Shown: positions 37,601 to 47,432 of the stretch, in pieces
Layout: every line of letters starts with the position of its first letter
How positions within the stretch are numbered: the first letter of the stretch is position 1
Source of the DNA: a virus
Reading direction: 5' to 3' (one strand)
IMG/VR virus record: IMGVR_UViG_3300030099_006646
Location: 1-64,000 of that record
Length of the DNA: 64,000 bases
Position numbers and translations under genes: made by a program
Notes under the pieces: generated by a model
The model's input: only the letters and a program-made list of their open reading frames with translations
Told to the model about the DNA's origin: nothing
The model's database searches: none

Positions 37601-38238
37601 TTGGAGATATTTTTCAAAATCTTAACCTTGGTATATTTTCTGGAACAAAAATTAACCTTAAAAATGCATTTGAATCTGTTTATGAGAGTAAAGACTTTTC
37701 CTATATTAACGATGAAAGCCTCACGGCAGATATTATGAAAAATAATATCGTTAAGATGACAAACACAGCGGAAGAACCCTCAAAAGAAGAAGGTTTCCCC
37801 AAGACTGATTTTGGATACGCAGCCGCTTTTGCAGCAAAAACAGGCATGGTTATATTAAAACATTTCGTTGAAAAAACTGACCCTGCTATCATTAGAGCAA
37901 AACAAATACAAGAAATGGTTGTTAAAGCAGCGGAAATAGGAGAGGAGATAAGTGAAGACATAGATGAGTTAGCAAATATTTCACCTACAGGAGTAGACTC
38001 TGCCGCCGCTCTTGCAGCTAAAGAAGGAATGTTGCTTCCCATTGTAATGTTCGGAGTTAGACCCATGCCTCCAATCCCATTCCCAATAGGAGACCCTACT
38101 GCTCCATTAACAGGACCCGGAGCAGCCTATCTAGCTCTTGCTGCCGCTGGTGCAGGATCTAGCGTCATGTCTTCAGGAGATACACCACAAGACGTTATAG
38201 AAAAGGAAAACCCAGATAAAAAATGTGACGATAAATAA
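31699..38238 (+). CDS. Very large (2179 aa) acidic virion-associated protein of unknown function
   Basis: Uninterrupted ORF between spike and gp25; helical and acidic; hydrophobic Pro/Gly/Ala C-terminus. Confidence 0.7.
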   Translation: MATSEKDKILEETDLFKNRPELTFDANKENYFVFNMADIDNTGGLVDAYDDFADFYGNSKRTIRFKGRRMLKKQLKMLPFTLVKTDNIEFTISDKKGREKIVVLVKVVDNDPVFSKKDISDNPKPADLPVLDASYYIEKRFLHPVDPERTDPPQAKVVIEASTGKKKKVEDWYKQPTDTILETDDTFYVIKETVKQSWKDDVEQRAVYLGTKEAALEFFIKHYEIEASKERVAEMLYKSEDAGIYVPQRPKAKCKMLVGIPKQLLTADDIIKDLSNVDVTHTLESPSLGDLRKNVKKIAKYMRGISREIRKQNIDLNALKESNNFMALSLFVIQMFETNKTYPTREDEQIKIFFGGEGPSVVGLQAYPKDVEDHLFPSDGELTPEEKAELSKPVDIKLVKSFTTNVVFEWKRSMFYLINSDLMAKEIEKTDPKSSKWYEIISKYTFDMPEYKPSSKKTKDEASEPKKVKEELETAEEEFSHGMTHSEKEAALSVIGPALKQSVGNIQRTMFEKIEDPTIKRILNNIEQINSIESLYGAVLDKIPTEKLLRMASNAVTSKIPKDVFLNGPIETVNNIESMNFSANSAKDALLGTGLVDQGFLGKAFDFSDKINEGMSFDFSSGGDEIFDVTEGKDEEIFALVKDVVTSTVVEHVKTILRTIKNNFFNESEMEKIKKIGSFNLKENLKSNSLASVKNNINSLSGALLENKDVSNILDIISSLATPLEILAIFEGRGDLDVIDIICTEISEQYPLLAARLISIYQKEDFLMIMGKDILEEVTTLIGEESIRQKREDPPSLDFCGDDDAEDFIDHLTGRFPEEFLKEQEEVRKQSAQELKNLIDDISTALENGDIEDFLFGGKIKELLNSIVEDNRSSDVMLDMVVRAYFGPIQAIYALEALTPGDIFMRESIVEDTDKKAQLPMEIQVQINRLLAVGQEDTAKKIKKKAADGKKKIAISLKNNVKELYENFFNGPAGIEKEDSYRIGLGNKNMTISFSNMKSYDSKSDPLTGSLEEPIYKWDTDPPTPDFATFSVKAMLNNKMAINSAKEIKLKETIMHKKGYLNVENIDMSPRKAGFLSFVKEIIEESMPSNLYTPTTLQKALDDLKHPLFDYSTKQYINFLAREASKSPFFKIPVLKKLKFTPTDGDTRVPPLACDQLETEEAAKVQTNQDDLIEEIILLEDIEYRFSERRKYFSSLQRERGQKIYNRTDIENAMLMEITESFFKVLALEFLISGVFIFSEIKIESLIEDKNNFKIMQDIMFFTMQRLGDEFRNKFSEYLEQYIELKKDMLDEDSLVGEENSEQNLDDLYNINKSDKSAIINYIFKEQLSNVFGPFQKSVQLLSDKQNLEINEFLDIIPNLDIAESSITPPGKGRFTAQLLSSDPLSLVRKVGGFILEKYIRVDYQPTKQNPKLTDFLFGRSNVLKIPSQDLDGNFMWLIGGTEQQVETDLTNKYFNRSADKIWAEANKNLYNNKYNLYKKRVGGMWKVLSKSEIFNIIKTQYSAKGTEFGATLPDYEEFLGELQEINYTPEAENVAYEYPNYLGAVKLSAFEEMQDFVRKDINAELTKKLESSIEKYETLANSTYIFNTLNEEVLDLKTVWNAEYNILTNKLDVYIEKNIAPYSTTMLFPQIPGISPLPPITDEPFFKWKESETKLKEMFSPSPDKLYGVLSGALQLAKKDIIDDLYPKMIERRDNLDKLLNDYKKGKIKVQIDDEDISTIYEHFSELDKRIKTLKELDIVKNFDELDTITDKLEEKINELEDFLDEYAYDTDPKEFFLSQLAAAEEAQQKAFGDYNTFGVAGSHTEMFKPLKYGIRLSYVYPGTVGAPPPSIENIRKNIRKVVGDPRNWYNRDEKYLNTQEIYWKDKEKQSVDNVEIYSLPLLEIEDKVENYFETLPPKPSEGRFDKEPEKNSSIPLIQEEIVQRFPLDSLKKKMINSETYNMIMSEMYSYGDFVTALGAYSSLHSLGDIFQNLNLGIFSGTKINLKNAFESVYESKDFSYINDESLTADIMKNNIVKMTNTAEEPSKEEGFPKTDFGYAAAFAAKTGMVILKHFVEKTDPAIIRAKQIQEMVVKAAEIGEEISEDIDELANISPTGVDSAAALAAKEGMLLPIVMFGVRPMPPIPFPIGDPTAPLTGPGAAYLALAAAGAGSSVMSSGDTPQDVIEKENPDKKCDDK

Positions 38239-38247
38239 TAAAAATAT

Positions 38248-38257
38248 AAGCTATTTA
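38248..38257 (+). promoter_or_regulatory. Putative late promoter AAGCTATTTA
   Basis: CTATTTA in the gap, 20 nt before gp25. Confidence 0.6.
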
Positions 38258-38277
38258 GATTATATGAGGTTCATTGT

Positions 38278-38658
38278 ATGGCTTTAGGATATTCTGTAAA
38301 ATTACCACTTACAACAACAGTTGCTCATTATGACATGATCAACAATATATATAAAAATGTAAAACAAAATTTTAGAAACCTATTACTAACTTCGCCGGGA
38401 GAAAGGGTAATGATTCCTAATTTTGGCGTCGGCATAAGAAGATACTTGTTTGAAAATGATCCATCTTTTATAGCTGACGAATTAAACTCCGTCATACGAG
38501 AACAGGTTAACTCTTTTATGAGTTTTTTAGTAATAGAAGATATTAGCTTCGCAACAAAAGCAGACAACGATCAATTAAAAGACAATGAACTAGCTGTAAG
38601 AATAATTTACTCTGTTCCAGGTATCTCTCTGAGAGACAGCATTATAGTTGCTCCTTAA
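38278..38658 (+). CDS. Baseplate wedge/sheath initiator (gp25/GpW-like)
   Basis: KQNFRNLLLTSPGERVMIPNFGVGIRRYLFE. Confidence 0.92.
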   Translation: MALGYSVKLPLTTTVAHYDMINNIYKNVKQNFRNLLLTSPGERVMIPNFGVGIRRYLFENDPSFIADELNSVIREQVNSFMSFLVIEDISFATKADNDQLKDNELAVRIIYSVPGISLRDSIIVAP

Positions 38659-38678
38659 AATAATATGGATTAAAACAA

Positions 38679-40484
38679 ATGGCAAAAAAATTTAAACCTC
38701 CAATAGACTATACATCGAGAGATTTTGATTCAATCAAGAGATCTTTAATAAACTACGCAAAAAAATATTACCCTAATACTTCTAATGATTTTAATGAAGC
38801 CTCTTTTGGCGCATTAATGGTGGATATGGTATCTTATATTGGAGATATAATGTCTTTTTACTTAGATTATCAAGCAAACGAGTCTTTTGTAGAATCAGCT
38901 ATTGAGTTTAAAAATGTTATAAGACTAGCAGAGCAGATGGGGTATAAATATGAACCAGAGGTCACAGCATACGGAACAGTCGCTATTTTTGTTAAAGTCC
39001 CAGCCAACACATCAGGATTAGGACCAGACACTGATTATATCCCTATTCTAAAAAGAAATTCAAAACTTACATCTACACAAAACACTAGTTTTATTTTAAC
39101 CTCAGATGTTGATTTTAAAAACGCCAACAACCAAGTGCTTGTTTCTGACGTGGACGCCGCAACCGGAACTCCAACTCATTATGCTATTAAAGCGTATGGC
39201 GAAGTTATTTCTGGCGACGTCGGTGTTGAAAGATTTGTTGTAGGTGATTATACGCCTTTTTTAAAACTTACAATGGAAACGAATAGTGTGGCAGAAATAC
39301 TTTCAGTTGTAGATTCAGATGGAAATGATTATTATCAAGTAGACTATCTTTCGCAAGACATAGTTTATCTTGATTCCTTGAACACAAACACAGAGGACAG
39401 AGATTATGTCTCGAATATTTTAAAGCCTGCTTCTGTTCCTAGAAGATTTGTATTGAAGCAAGACCCAACCAGTGTATCGTTACAGTTTGGACAAGGTTCT
39501 TCAACAGACGCCATAACTGAAAATGATGATAAATTAGATCCAAATAAAGTAGCTTTAAAGATGCACGGGAAAAAATATATTTCTGAGTCTTCTTTTGACC
39601 CTACCGTGCTGGTGAAAAACAATAACTTGGGAGTTGCTCCTGAAAATACTACTGTAAGTGTTTTTTATAGAACTAATTTGACCAACAATGTAAACGCAGG
39701 GGTTGATTCTGTCAATAGATTTGTTTCTGCTGATTTCGAATTTGAAAATCCTGAGCTTTTAACAGACTCGATAGTACAAGGCATTGTTACAACTGCCGAA
39801 GTTTCTAATGAGGAGCCTATTGTTGGGACAATATCAGACCCAGGCTTACGAGAAATTAAGATTAGAGCAAAAAATAGCTTTGCTACGCAAAACAGAGCAG
39901 TTACTAAAAAAGATTATCTATCTTTAGTATATTCTATGCCAAGTCGTTTTGGTTCTGTTGCCAGGGCGATGATAAAGCAAGATAAAGATTCTTTCAAAAG
40001 AAATCTTAATCTTTATGTTGTATCTCTCGGTCTTGACGCAACTCTCTTTACTACAAAAAGAAAAATAAAAGCAAATTTAAAAAATTGGCTTGCTCAATAT
40101 AAGATGTTAAACGATACAATAGATATTATTGACGCTAAGATTTTAAATCTTGGAATAGAATATAAAGCGATAGGACAGAGAAACGTCAACAAGCTTGATT
40201 TAATACAAGATATAAATGATGCTTTACGTCAGGCATTTATTGAACATCCACAAATTGGCGAATCTTTTTTTATAACAGATGTTTATAATGTGATAAACTC
40301 TGTACCAGGAGTTGTAGATGCCGACGACGTAGAAATATTCATACCCAGAGGAGAACTTTATTCCGACTTCACCATCGATTTGGATAATTATATCTCTCCC
40401 GATGGCAGATCTATAAAAGTGCCAGATGATGTTATTTGGGAGATAAAATTTATAGGTACAGACATTAAAGGAACAATTTTGTAA
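38679..40484 (+). CDS. Baseplate wedge subunit (T4 gp6/baseplate J-like)
   Basis: IDYTSRDFDSIK, DFNEAS.G, SYIGDI.SFYLD, LAEQMGY, QNRAVTKKDY. Confidence 0.9.
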   Translation: MAKKFKPPIDYTSRDFDSIKRSLINYAKKYYPNTSNDFNEASFGALMVDMVSYIGDIMSFYLDYQANESFVESAIEFKNVIRLAEQMGYKYEPEVTAYGTVAIFVKVPANTSGLGPDTDYIPILKRNSKLTSTQNTSFILTSDVDFKNANNQVLVSDVDAATGTPTHYAIKAYGEVISGDVGVERFVVGDYTPFLKLTMETNSVAEILSVVDSDGNDYYQVDYLSQDIVYLDSLNTNTEDRDYVSNILKPASVPRRFVLKQDPTSVSLQFGQGSSTDAITENDDKLDPNKVALKMHGKKYISESSFDPTVLVKNNNLGVAPENTTVSVFYRTNLTNNVNAGVDSVNRFVSADFEFENPELLTDSIVQGIVTTAEVSNEEPIVGTISDPGLREIKIRAKNSFATQNRAVTKKDYLSLVYSMPSRFGSVARAMIKQDKDSFKRNLNLYVVSLGLDATLFTTKRKIKANLKNWLAQYKMLNDTIDIIDAKILNLGIEYKAIGQRNVNKLDLIQDINDALRQAFIEHPQIGESFFITDVYNVINSVPGVVDADDVEIFIPRGELYSDFTIDLDNYISPDGRSIKVPDDVIWEIKFIGTDIKGTIL

Positions 40485-42016
40485 TGGCTATTAGAAGATA
40501 CACAGCAACTAAAGATAATACTATATCTGATGCTTTTAAGTCTAACTTAAGCGGAACAGCTACTGGCTCAAACATGGGCTTCGCGGATACATTAGAAGTA
40601 TTCTCCATTTATGGACAAGTTTCAAGTTCTTCGGGCTTTACGAAGGAACGTTCAAGGATTTTGATTAAATTCCCAGTCACAGGAACTTCTGGCATTGAAG
40701 CAGATAGAGATTCAGGGTTAATACCAGCATCTGGTAATGTAAATTTTTACTTGAACATGTATAATGCTATAACTCCCAACACGTTGCCAAAAGATTTTAC
40801 TTTAAACATCTATGCATTAGATGCTGCTTGGAATGAGGGCAGTGGACTAGACATGGAAGAATATAAAGATGAGGGAACATCCAACTGGACCAATAGAGTA
40901 GATAACGTAGCTTGGTCAAATACAGGTGGTTCTTTTCAAAACACAGCTTCCACCGCACCTTGGAATGCAAACGCTACATTCCAAAACGGAGACGAAGATA
41001 TGTCTATCGATGTTACTCCTTATGTAGAGTCCTGGATCAAAGGAACTGGCGGCGGCGGTTTTGAAAACTACGGATTTCTCGTCGCCCTAACTCCAATTGA
41101 GGAAAGCGCTTCGTTGTCTTACTATGATAAGAAGTTCTTTGCACGCAGTAGCGAATATTTCTTCAAACGCCCTGTCATCGAAGCACGCTGGAACAGTTGC
41201 GAAGGTGATGATAGAGGAAACTTCTTTTTTTCAAGCTCTCTTGCCACTGCGGCAAATAATATAAATACTCTTTATCTATACAACTACGTCAGAGGACAAC
41301 TTCAAGATATCCCTGGGCTGGGCAGTGATAAGTACGTCTATGTAAGTCTTTTTTCTGGCTCATTAAATAATGATGCCCCTTCTGGAGATGCTTTGATTTT
41401 GTCTGCCGACAACGATGGCAGAGTAAGAGCAGCAGCACCCACAGTCGTGACAGGTGGAATTGTCTCTACAGGTATCTATACCGCTTCTTTTGCCTTTACA
41501 GGCTCAACAACTTTGACTGATGTATTTGATGTTTGGTTTACTGGAAGCCATTCCACAGCAGATGCGACTAAAGCAACTATCCAGTTCCATACAGGAAATA
41601 TTATTCCTAATACGCTTGATTCTTCAAATATAAACCCCACGCCAACTTATGTTACAAAAGTTACAAATTTAAAACCATCCTATACGACAAGTGAAGAACC
41701 AAAGCTCAGAGTGTATACTAGAGAGAAGAATTGGTCACCAACAATATATACAGTAGCTAATTCTGAAATCCAAACTGACATTGTAAATCAAGCCTATTAC
41801 AGAGTGACGCGAGTTGTTGATGATTTAGAAGTTATCTCTTATGGTACAGGAAGCGATCAACAGACTAAGCTCTCATATGACGTTAGTGGAAATTACTTTG
41901 ATCTTGATATGTCTCTTTTGGAATCGGGTTATATGTATAACTTAAAGTTCGCTTATTACTTAAACGGCGTTTACAAGGAACAGCCAGAGACCTTCAAGTT
42001 TAGAGTGGAGGATTAA
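40484..42016 (+). CDS. Baseplate-associated protein with DNRLRE-like beta-sandwich
   Basis: KDNTI, SRILIKF, WNEG.G, W...W...GG, IDVT..V..W, NYGF, FF.RS....RP. Confidence 0.6.
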   Translation: MAIRRYTATKDNTISDAFKSNLSGTATGSNMGFADTLEVFSIYGQVSSSSGFTKERSRILIKFPVTGTSGIEADRDSGLIPASGNVNFYLNMYNAITPNTLPKDFTLNIYALDAAWNEGSGLDMEEYKDEGTSNWTNRVDNVAWSNTGGSFQNTASTAPWNANATFQNGDEDMSIDVTPYVESWIKGTGGGGFENYGFLVALTPIEESASLSYYDKKFFARSSEYFFKRPVIEARWNSCEGDDRGNFFFSSSLATAANNINTLYLYNYVRGQLQDIPGLGSDKYVYVSLFSGSLNNDAPSGDALILSADNDGRVRAAAPTVVTGGIVSTGIYTASFAFTGSTTLTDVFDVWFTGSHSTADATKATIQFHTGNIIPNTLDSSNINPTPTYVTKVTNLKPSYTTSEEPKLRVYTREKNWSPTIYTVANSEIQTDIVNQAYYRVTRVVDDLEVISYGTGSDQQTKLSYDVSGNYFDLDMSLLESGYMYNLKFAYYLNGVYKEQPETFKFRVED

Positions 42017-42018
42017 AA

Positions 42019-45000
42019 GTGCCAATAAAAGATTTATTTAATGATATCAATAGAATAGGCACTACTACAACTTCTTCTGTACCGAGTCATGCTAAAGTTC
42101 AAGAAGAAATAGAATCCATATCCTATGCATATGAAGTTCAAAGAGATAAAGATAGATTCATACCTCATGTAGATTACTCTAAACCAGAAAATTTTGCTAA
42201 ATATGGATCTGCCGAAGAGTATTATAAAGTTGCCATCGAATCGATCTACAATTACTATCCTTATGATGGCTCCTTGAAAGAGAAAGAAGAATGGTATAAT
42301 AATGCCACTTACTTTGAGACTTTTATTTTTGATAAAGAATATCCAAGGACTAATGGATATGCACTACTATCAGCAGATGGATGGGGGACACAAGCGTCAA
42401 CGAACAGTGGCTACGGTCTTCCAAATGATCTAGAATACATCTCTTTCAAAAGTGGACCTAATAAGAAGAATATTTGGGACGAAGGGAAAAAAAGAGAAGA
42501 AAATCTAAAGTTTGCATTATCTGGCGGAGTAACCATAGAATTTTGGCTAAAGAAAGACGCTTACGCTACCGCCCTTACAAACAGAGAAGTTATTTTCGAT
42601 TTATGGAATAGCAAACACAGCAATGAGCATGATTATGGTCGTTTAAGAATTGAACTGTCTGGCACATCCCCAGGTCCAGTTTTTAGATTAACAGCTCTTT
42701 CAGGTGCAACGGGTTTCCACAATGCTCCCATCGGTACAACCGTAACGCCGTCTACTGTCGCAAGTTCCGAATGGTCTCATTATGCCTTTACTATACAAAA
42801 CACAGGCTCAACAATCGCCGTGGAAATGTACAGAAACGGCGCGTATGTCGAAACAGTGCTAACTGGTTCAGGAATTGATCATGTCACAGGTTCTATATAT
42901 GCCTATATTGGCGCAAATACAACACCACCTAAGTATACTTTAGCAGCTACAGGCTCAGGTAAGCTATCTGGCTCTATTGATGACTTTAGATACTGGAAAA
43001 CCAAAAGAAGCGCAAGAGACATTGGAAGATATTATATCTCACAGGTCGGCGGCGGCACGAACACAGATGATGCCAATGTAGATTTAGGATTATATTTCAA
43101 GTTTAATGAAGGTATATCGAACATAGCCAATATTGATAGCACTGTACTTGATTACTCTGGTCGTCTAAGTAATGGATCTTGGACCGGATACGACGCCCAT
43201 TCTAGAAATACTGGCTCTGCAATGGTTTCATCCGGCAAAGCAGATTTTGAGTTTAAAGATCCAATTATTTATAGTTCACATCCAGATGTAGTTGCTTTCA
43301 AAGAACTAAAAACAACACTAGGCGAGCGACACGATATACAAAACTTTTCTTCAATGTATAAGAGTATACCAGCTTGGATAGTTGAAGATGACGAAGAGTC
43401 AGGGCAAGAATTAAAAAAACTAACTCAAATAATGTCCAGTTATTTTGATGAACTACACAATCAAATTGAAAATCTACCATCTTTGAAAAACATACAATAC
43501 CCTTCAGGCAGTGTTTTAACTGGTAGTTTTAAGCCCTACCCATTCTCAAAAAGACTTTTAACCTCTCACGGACTCGATGTTCCTGAGTTGTTTGTTGATA
43601 CAAGCATTATTGAAAACTTTCTCTCTCGCGATGAAGAAAAGAAATTTGAAGATAAAATCTACAATACTAAAAATCTAATATATCAAAATATCTATAACAA
43701 TCTTTTGTTTATCCTAAAATCGAAAGGAACTGAAAAATCTATAAACAATCTTATTAGAGCGTTTGGTGCCAACGAAGATATCATTAATGTAAATGTTTAC
43801 GGCAAGGAAACTGACTATGAGTTTAGAAAAAATGTCAAGTATAAATCAATAAGAAAAAAGCTTATCGATTTTGACAAGCCGGATAGAAACTTAGCCACAA
43901 TATACAATTACAAATCAGGATCAGGCACTACTTCATATATTTCAGGTTCAGACCCAGGCGGTCTGTACGTGGCGAACACTGTAGAGGCAGAAATCGTATT
44001 TCCAAGAAAAGTAGAGGAAGGTATTGATGGGTATTATAGCTTTCCAAACCTAACTTCTTCTTTGTTCGGACAACACACCGCAGATACTTCTCTGCCTGAA
44101 AATAATCTAGGATGGAATGTGCTGGATCACGCCGGTTTCCAAGTTTATGCTGTTAGGAATAAACATAATTCAAAAGATGCTTATTTTGTCTTAACTGGCT
44201 CTCTTATCTCTCCTATGGTAACAAATGTTTACAAAGATGTATACGATGAGGAGAAGTGGAATTTTGCTGTTAGGATTAGACCTTCTTCTTCTTTTGGTAA
44301 TCTTGTATCAGATGGAGGTTCTCTTGGCTATAGAGTTGAGTTTTATGGAGTAAACCAGAGGCTTGGAAATATTGAAAATGAGTTTATCTTATCTTCATCC
44401 ATGTCAGTTGATAATGGTAAAAGCTTCTTAAGTTCTTCAAAGAGAGTATACGCGGGCGCTCATAGGACTAATTTTTCTGGAAGCTTATTAGACTTGACTG
44501 ATATAAAGCTATCTTATTTAAGATTCTGGATGGATGATATAAAAGATCACACTATTAAAGATCATGCGATTGGTATGTACTCATATGGTCCGAGTAACCC
44601 TTACAAAAATTCTGCTGTAACCGATACAAGCCTTGGGCAAGTAGAAATACCGGAACTTGAAACCTTAGCACTTAATTGGGATTTTAAAAATGTCTCATCT
44701 TCCGCAGATTCAAGTGGGATTATTTTTGTTGATGATTTTTCTTCTGGTTCTAGTGATTTAATTAATCGCTATGGCTGGATTGGAAATATTACAAAACAAC
44801 TTTATACTGCACGAGTTGATAAACTAAATGCCAATGAAAACAATGTTGGAATAACAGATTTTATTCTTACAACTCAAAACAGATTACCAGAAGAGTTTAT
44901 TAGCTCTGATATGATTTCAATTGGTGAAGACAGTGATCAGATCTTTACTAAAGATACAAGACCTGTTGATTACTTTTTCTCTATTGAAAACAGTATGTAT

Positions 45001-47430
45001 AGAGTTATCTCAGAGGAGATAATCAATATCTTTTCTTCTATAATCGATTTTAATAATCTTGTCGGAGAGCCGGTCAATAGATATAGAAAAGAATACAAAG
45101 ACTTAGGCAAACTTAGACAGCTTTTCTTTGAAAGAGTAGAAAACAAGCCAGATATTGAAAGATATTTAGATTACTTTAAACATGTTGATTCTTTTATCCA
45201 GGAGATGCTAGAACAACTCATCCCAGCTTCTTCTAATGTATCTGATTCGGTCTTAAACATGGTTGAAAGTCATGTCTTAGAAAGAAATAAATATGATCAT
45301 AAATTCCCAACACTTGAGAGCAAGCAACCAGACCCTATAACTACTATACAAGGTATAAATGAACTTCTCTACAACTGGAAGTTTGGTCACGCTCCAATAA
45401 CCAACAAGCAGGGTGATAACTGCACTTACTGGCATGAACTTGCTGAAAGAGCAGGTTCTGTTATTACGTCTGGAGATGCAACAGTAGATTCTCAAAGAGA
45501 GACAATAAAAACAGTTGTAAACACAGAAGTATCTGGCTCAACCTATGCGACAAGAAAGCTTGGAAAGAGTTATCGTTTTGCTACAAAACTATCTAACGAC
45601 ATTGAAGGCGGATCTAATATAAAATCGAATAACCTGTTTAACTTCCACAGACAAGCTATTAAGTTTAATAGCAGTCAGGACTTTATTAAGTTTCCTTTTT
45701 CAGAGATTCAGTCAAATAAAAACTGTGATGAAGATAGAACCCCAGAAGAACTTAGAAAAAGAAATGTAATATTAAAAGCAACTACAACTTCTAAAGGCGA
45801 AGCAATAGATGCGAATGATTATCAAGATGGAAAAGCCAACCTTCTTCTTCCTTTTACAATTTTCTCTTCTTCAGTAAACACGGGGTATCTTGGGTATTTA
45901 CAGACTGGCGCAAGTGCCTCTTTTGAAAACATGCATAGAGATGTTGTAGGTAGAAATAATCAAAGACCGTTACAAGGACCATTTACTGAAAAATATGTCG
46001 GTGGATTGCAATACAGGCACGCCCCCTTAAACTATTCTGCCTCTGCTGTGACAAACCCCGGCAGCACCGCAAGATCTTTAGATACTCCCTCTACAAGACC
46101 CGAGGGTTGGTATCTTAAAATTCCAATCACCGAGGGCTCTAGTTTAAGCCTCTTGAGCGAATCTTTTAGTGGAACTGACCCTGTGGGCTGGACTAATGTT
46201 GGAAGTACCGCTACAGGACCTTCTGGGTGGATTCTAACGCATTCTGGTCCAACCCCTTCGGCAGGAACTGGTCCAAACTCTGCTTTTGATGGAACTCATT
46301 ACGCTTATGCTGAGACATCGACACCAAACCACCCCGGCGCACTCTTTGGACTTGTGACTCCAAAACTTGATGCAGATGATGTTGCAGTTACTGACTTTAG
46401 TGCTTCTTTCTATTACCATATGCATGGTGTAAATGTTGGTAACTTAAAAGTTCAGCATTCTCAAGATCCTACGTTTGGCGGAGGTATCACTGATTTATCT
46501 GTTGTTTGGGATTTTGTAGGCGACCCTACAACTGCAAATACTTTTATTGCTGGGCAACAACAAGCTAACGCTAGTGATGCTTACATTAAAGCTCAAATAG
46601 ATTTATCATCTTACGCAGGAACAGAATTTTATCTCCGATTCCTCTACCAAGGTGGTATTACATATCTTTCTGATGTTGCTATTGATGCGATTGAGGTTTC
46701 TGGTACTGCTGCTGGATCTATGTTTAAGCTTTTGGACCCGGCTTACGACAGCTTCACTGCAATGCGTGCTGTTTATTACCGTGATGAGGTGGCAAAAAGA
46801 CCTCTAAATATTAGAAACATTAAGATGACATCATCTTCTCCCACTATTATTGGAAACTACTCTAACAATTATGAAGTTGTAAACACTTCAGGGCGTAATA
46901 TTAACAACATCTGGTTTGTACAAAACAGCGGCAATGTTGCGTCGATCACTGCCGAGTCAGTGTTTATTTCTTCGTCTTTTGATTACGCATTAGCTAATAG
47001 AGATACACTTCAAGATGGAAGCAGAAACAAAACCGTTATTGTGGAAAGGTTTTCTGCTCCTGGTGGCGCAGAAGTGATGAGTCGCGGCTTTTTAGATGTT
47101 GCTTCTGAAACTTACTCTGTATACAACTGCCTTAACTACAGGAATTCAACTGTACGAAATAACTTAAATCTTTGGAATAAACATCATAGTATATTTGGAG
47201 GGACAAGTAGTTTTGGAACACCTCAAACAACTGGTTCTTATCACAAGGTACAAAGAAACACAGGAAAGAGAATTGAATGGGAAGGCGGCGTAGCTTTAAC
47301 TGGATCTGAGTCCATAATGAACGTCATAACAGCTTCTTATTATGATAATGGCTTTATAACTCATCAAATACCGCAAACTGACTCTGCATATTCTTGGATT
47401 ACAGGCTCCATTATACAATCCGTAATTTAG
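42019..47430 (+). CDS. Large baseplate wedge protein (gp7-like) with LamG and MAM domains
   Basis: NF..YGSAEEYY, LamG motifs (TIEFWLK, WSHYAF, SIDDFRYW), LKSKGTEKSI..LIRAFG, ESHVLERNKY, MAM at ~46150-46704; GTG start after GGAGG. Confidence 0.75.
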   Translation: MPIKDLFNDINRIGTTTTSSVPSHAKVQEEIESISYAYEVQRDKDRFIPHVDYSKPENFAKYGSAEEYYKVAIESIYNYYPYDGSLKEKEEWYNNATYFETFIFDKEYPRTNGYALLSADGWGTQASTNSGYGLPNDLEYISFKSGPNKKNIWDEGKKREENLKFALSGGVTIEFWLKKDAYATALTNREVIFDLWNSKHSNEHDYGRLRIELSGTSPGPVFRLTALSGATGFHNAPIGTTVTPSTVASSEWSHYAFTIQNTGSTIAVEMYRNGAYVETVLTGSGIDHVTGSIYAYIGANTTPPKYTLAATGSGKLSGSIDDFRYWKTKRSARDIGRYYISQVGGGTNTDDANVDLGLYFKFNEGISNIANIDSTVLDYSGRLSNGSWTGYDAHSRNTGSAMVSSGKADFEFKDPIIYSSHPDVVAFKELKTTLGERHDIQNFSSMYKSIPAWIVEDDEESGQELKKLTQIMSSYFDELHNQIENLPSLKNIQYPSGSVLTGSFKPYPFSKRLLTSHGLDVPELFVDTSIIENFLSRDEEKKFEDKIYNTKNLIYQNIYNNLLFILKSKGTEKSINNLIRAFGANEDIINVNVYGKETDYEFRKNVKYKSIRKKLIDFDKPDRNLATIYNYKSGSGTTSYISGSDPGGLYVANTVEAEIVFPRKVEEGIDGYYSFPNLTSSLFGQHTADTSLPENNLGWNVLDHAGFQVYAVRNKHNSKDAYFVLTGSLISPMVTNVYKDVYDEEKWNFAVRIRPSSSFGNLVSDGGSLGYRVEFYGVNQRLGNIENEFILSSSMSVDNGKSFLSSSKRVYAGAHRTNFSGSLLDLTDIKLSYLRFWMDDIKDHTIKDHAIGMYSYGPSNPYKNSAVTDTSLGQVEIPELETLALNWDFKNVSSSADSSGIIFVDDFSSGSSDLINRYGWIGNITKQLYTARVDKLNANENNVGITDFILTTQNRLPEEFISSDMISIGEDSDQIFTKDTRPVDYFFSIENSMYRVISEEIINIFSSIIDFNNLVGEPVNRYRKEYKDLGKLRQLFFERVENKPDIERYLDYFKHVDSFIQEMLEQLIPASSNVSDSVLNMVESHVLERNKYDHKFPTLESKQPDPITTIQGINELLYNWKFGHAPITNKQGDNCTYWHELAERAGSVITSGDATVDSQRETIKTVVNTEVSGSTYATRKLGKSYRFATKLSNDIEGGSNIKSNNLFNFHRQAIKFNSSQDFIKFPFSEIQSNKNCDEDRTPEELRKRNVILKATTTSKGEAIDANDYQDGKANLLLPFTIFSSSVNTGYLGYLQTGASASFENMHRDVVGRNNQRPLQGPFTEKYVGGLQYRHAPLNYSASAVTNPGSTARSLDTPSTRPEGWYLKIPITEGSSLSLLSESFSGTDPVGWTNVGSTATGPSGWILTHSGPTPSAGTGPNSAFDGTHYAYAETSTPNHPGALFGLVTPKLDADDVAVTDFSASFYYHMHGVNVGNLKVQHSQDPTFGGGITDLSVVWDFVGDPTTANTFIAGQQQANASDAYIKAQIDLSSYAGTEFYLRFLYQGGITYLSDVAIDAIEVSGTAAGSMFKLLDPAYDSFTAMRAVYYRDEVAKRPLNIRNIKMTSSSPTIIGNYSNNYEVVNTSGRNINNIWFVQNSGNVASITAESVFISSSFDYALANRDTLQDGSRNKTVIVERFSAPGGAEVMSRGFLDVASETYSVYNCLNYRNSTVRNNLNLWNKHHSIFGGTSSFGTPQTTGSYHKVQRNTGKRIEWEGGVALTGSESIMNVITASYYDNGFITHQIPQTDSAYSWITGSIIQSVI

Positions 47431-47432
47431 TG

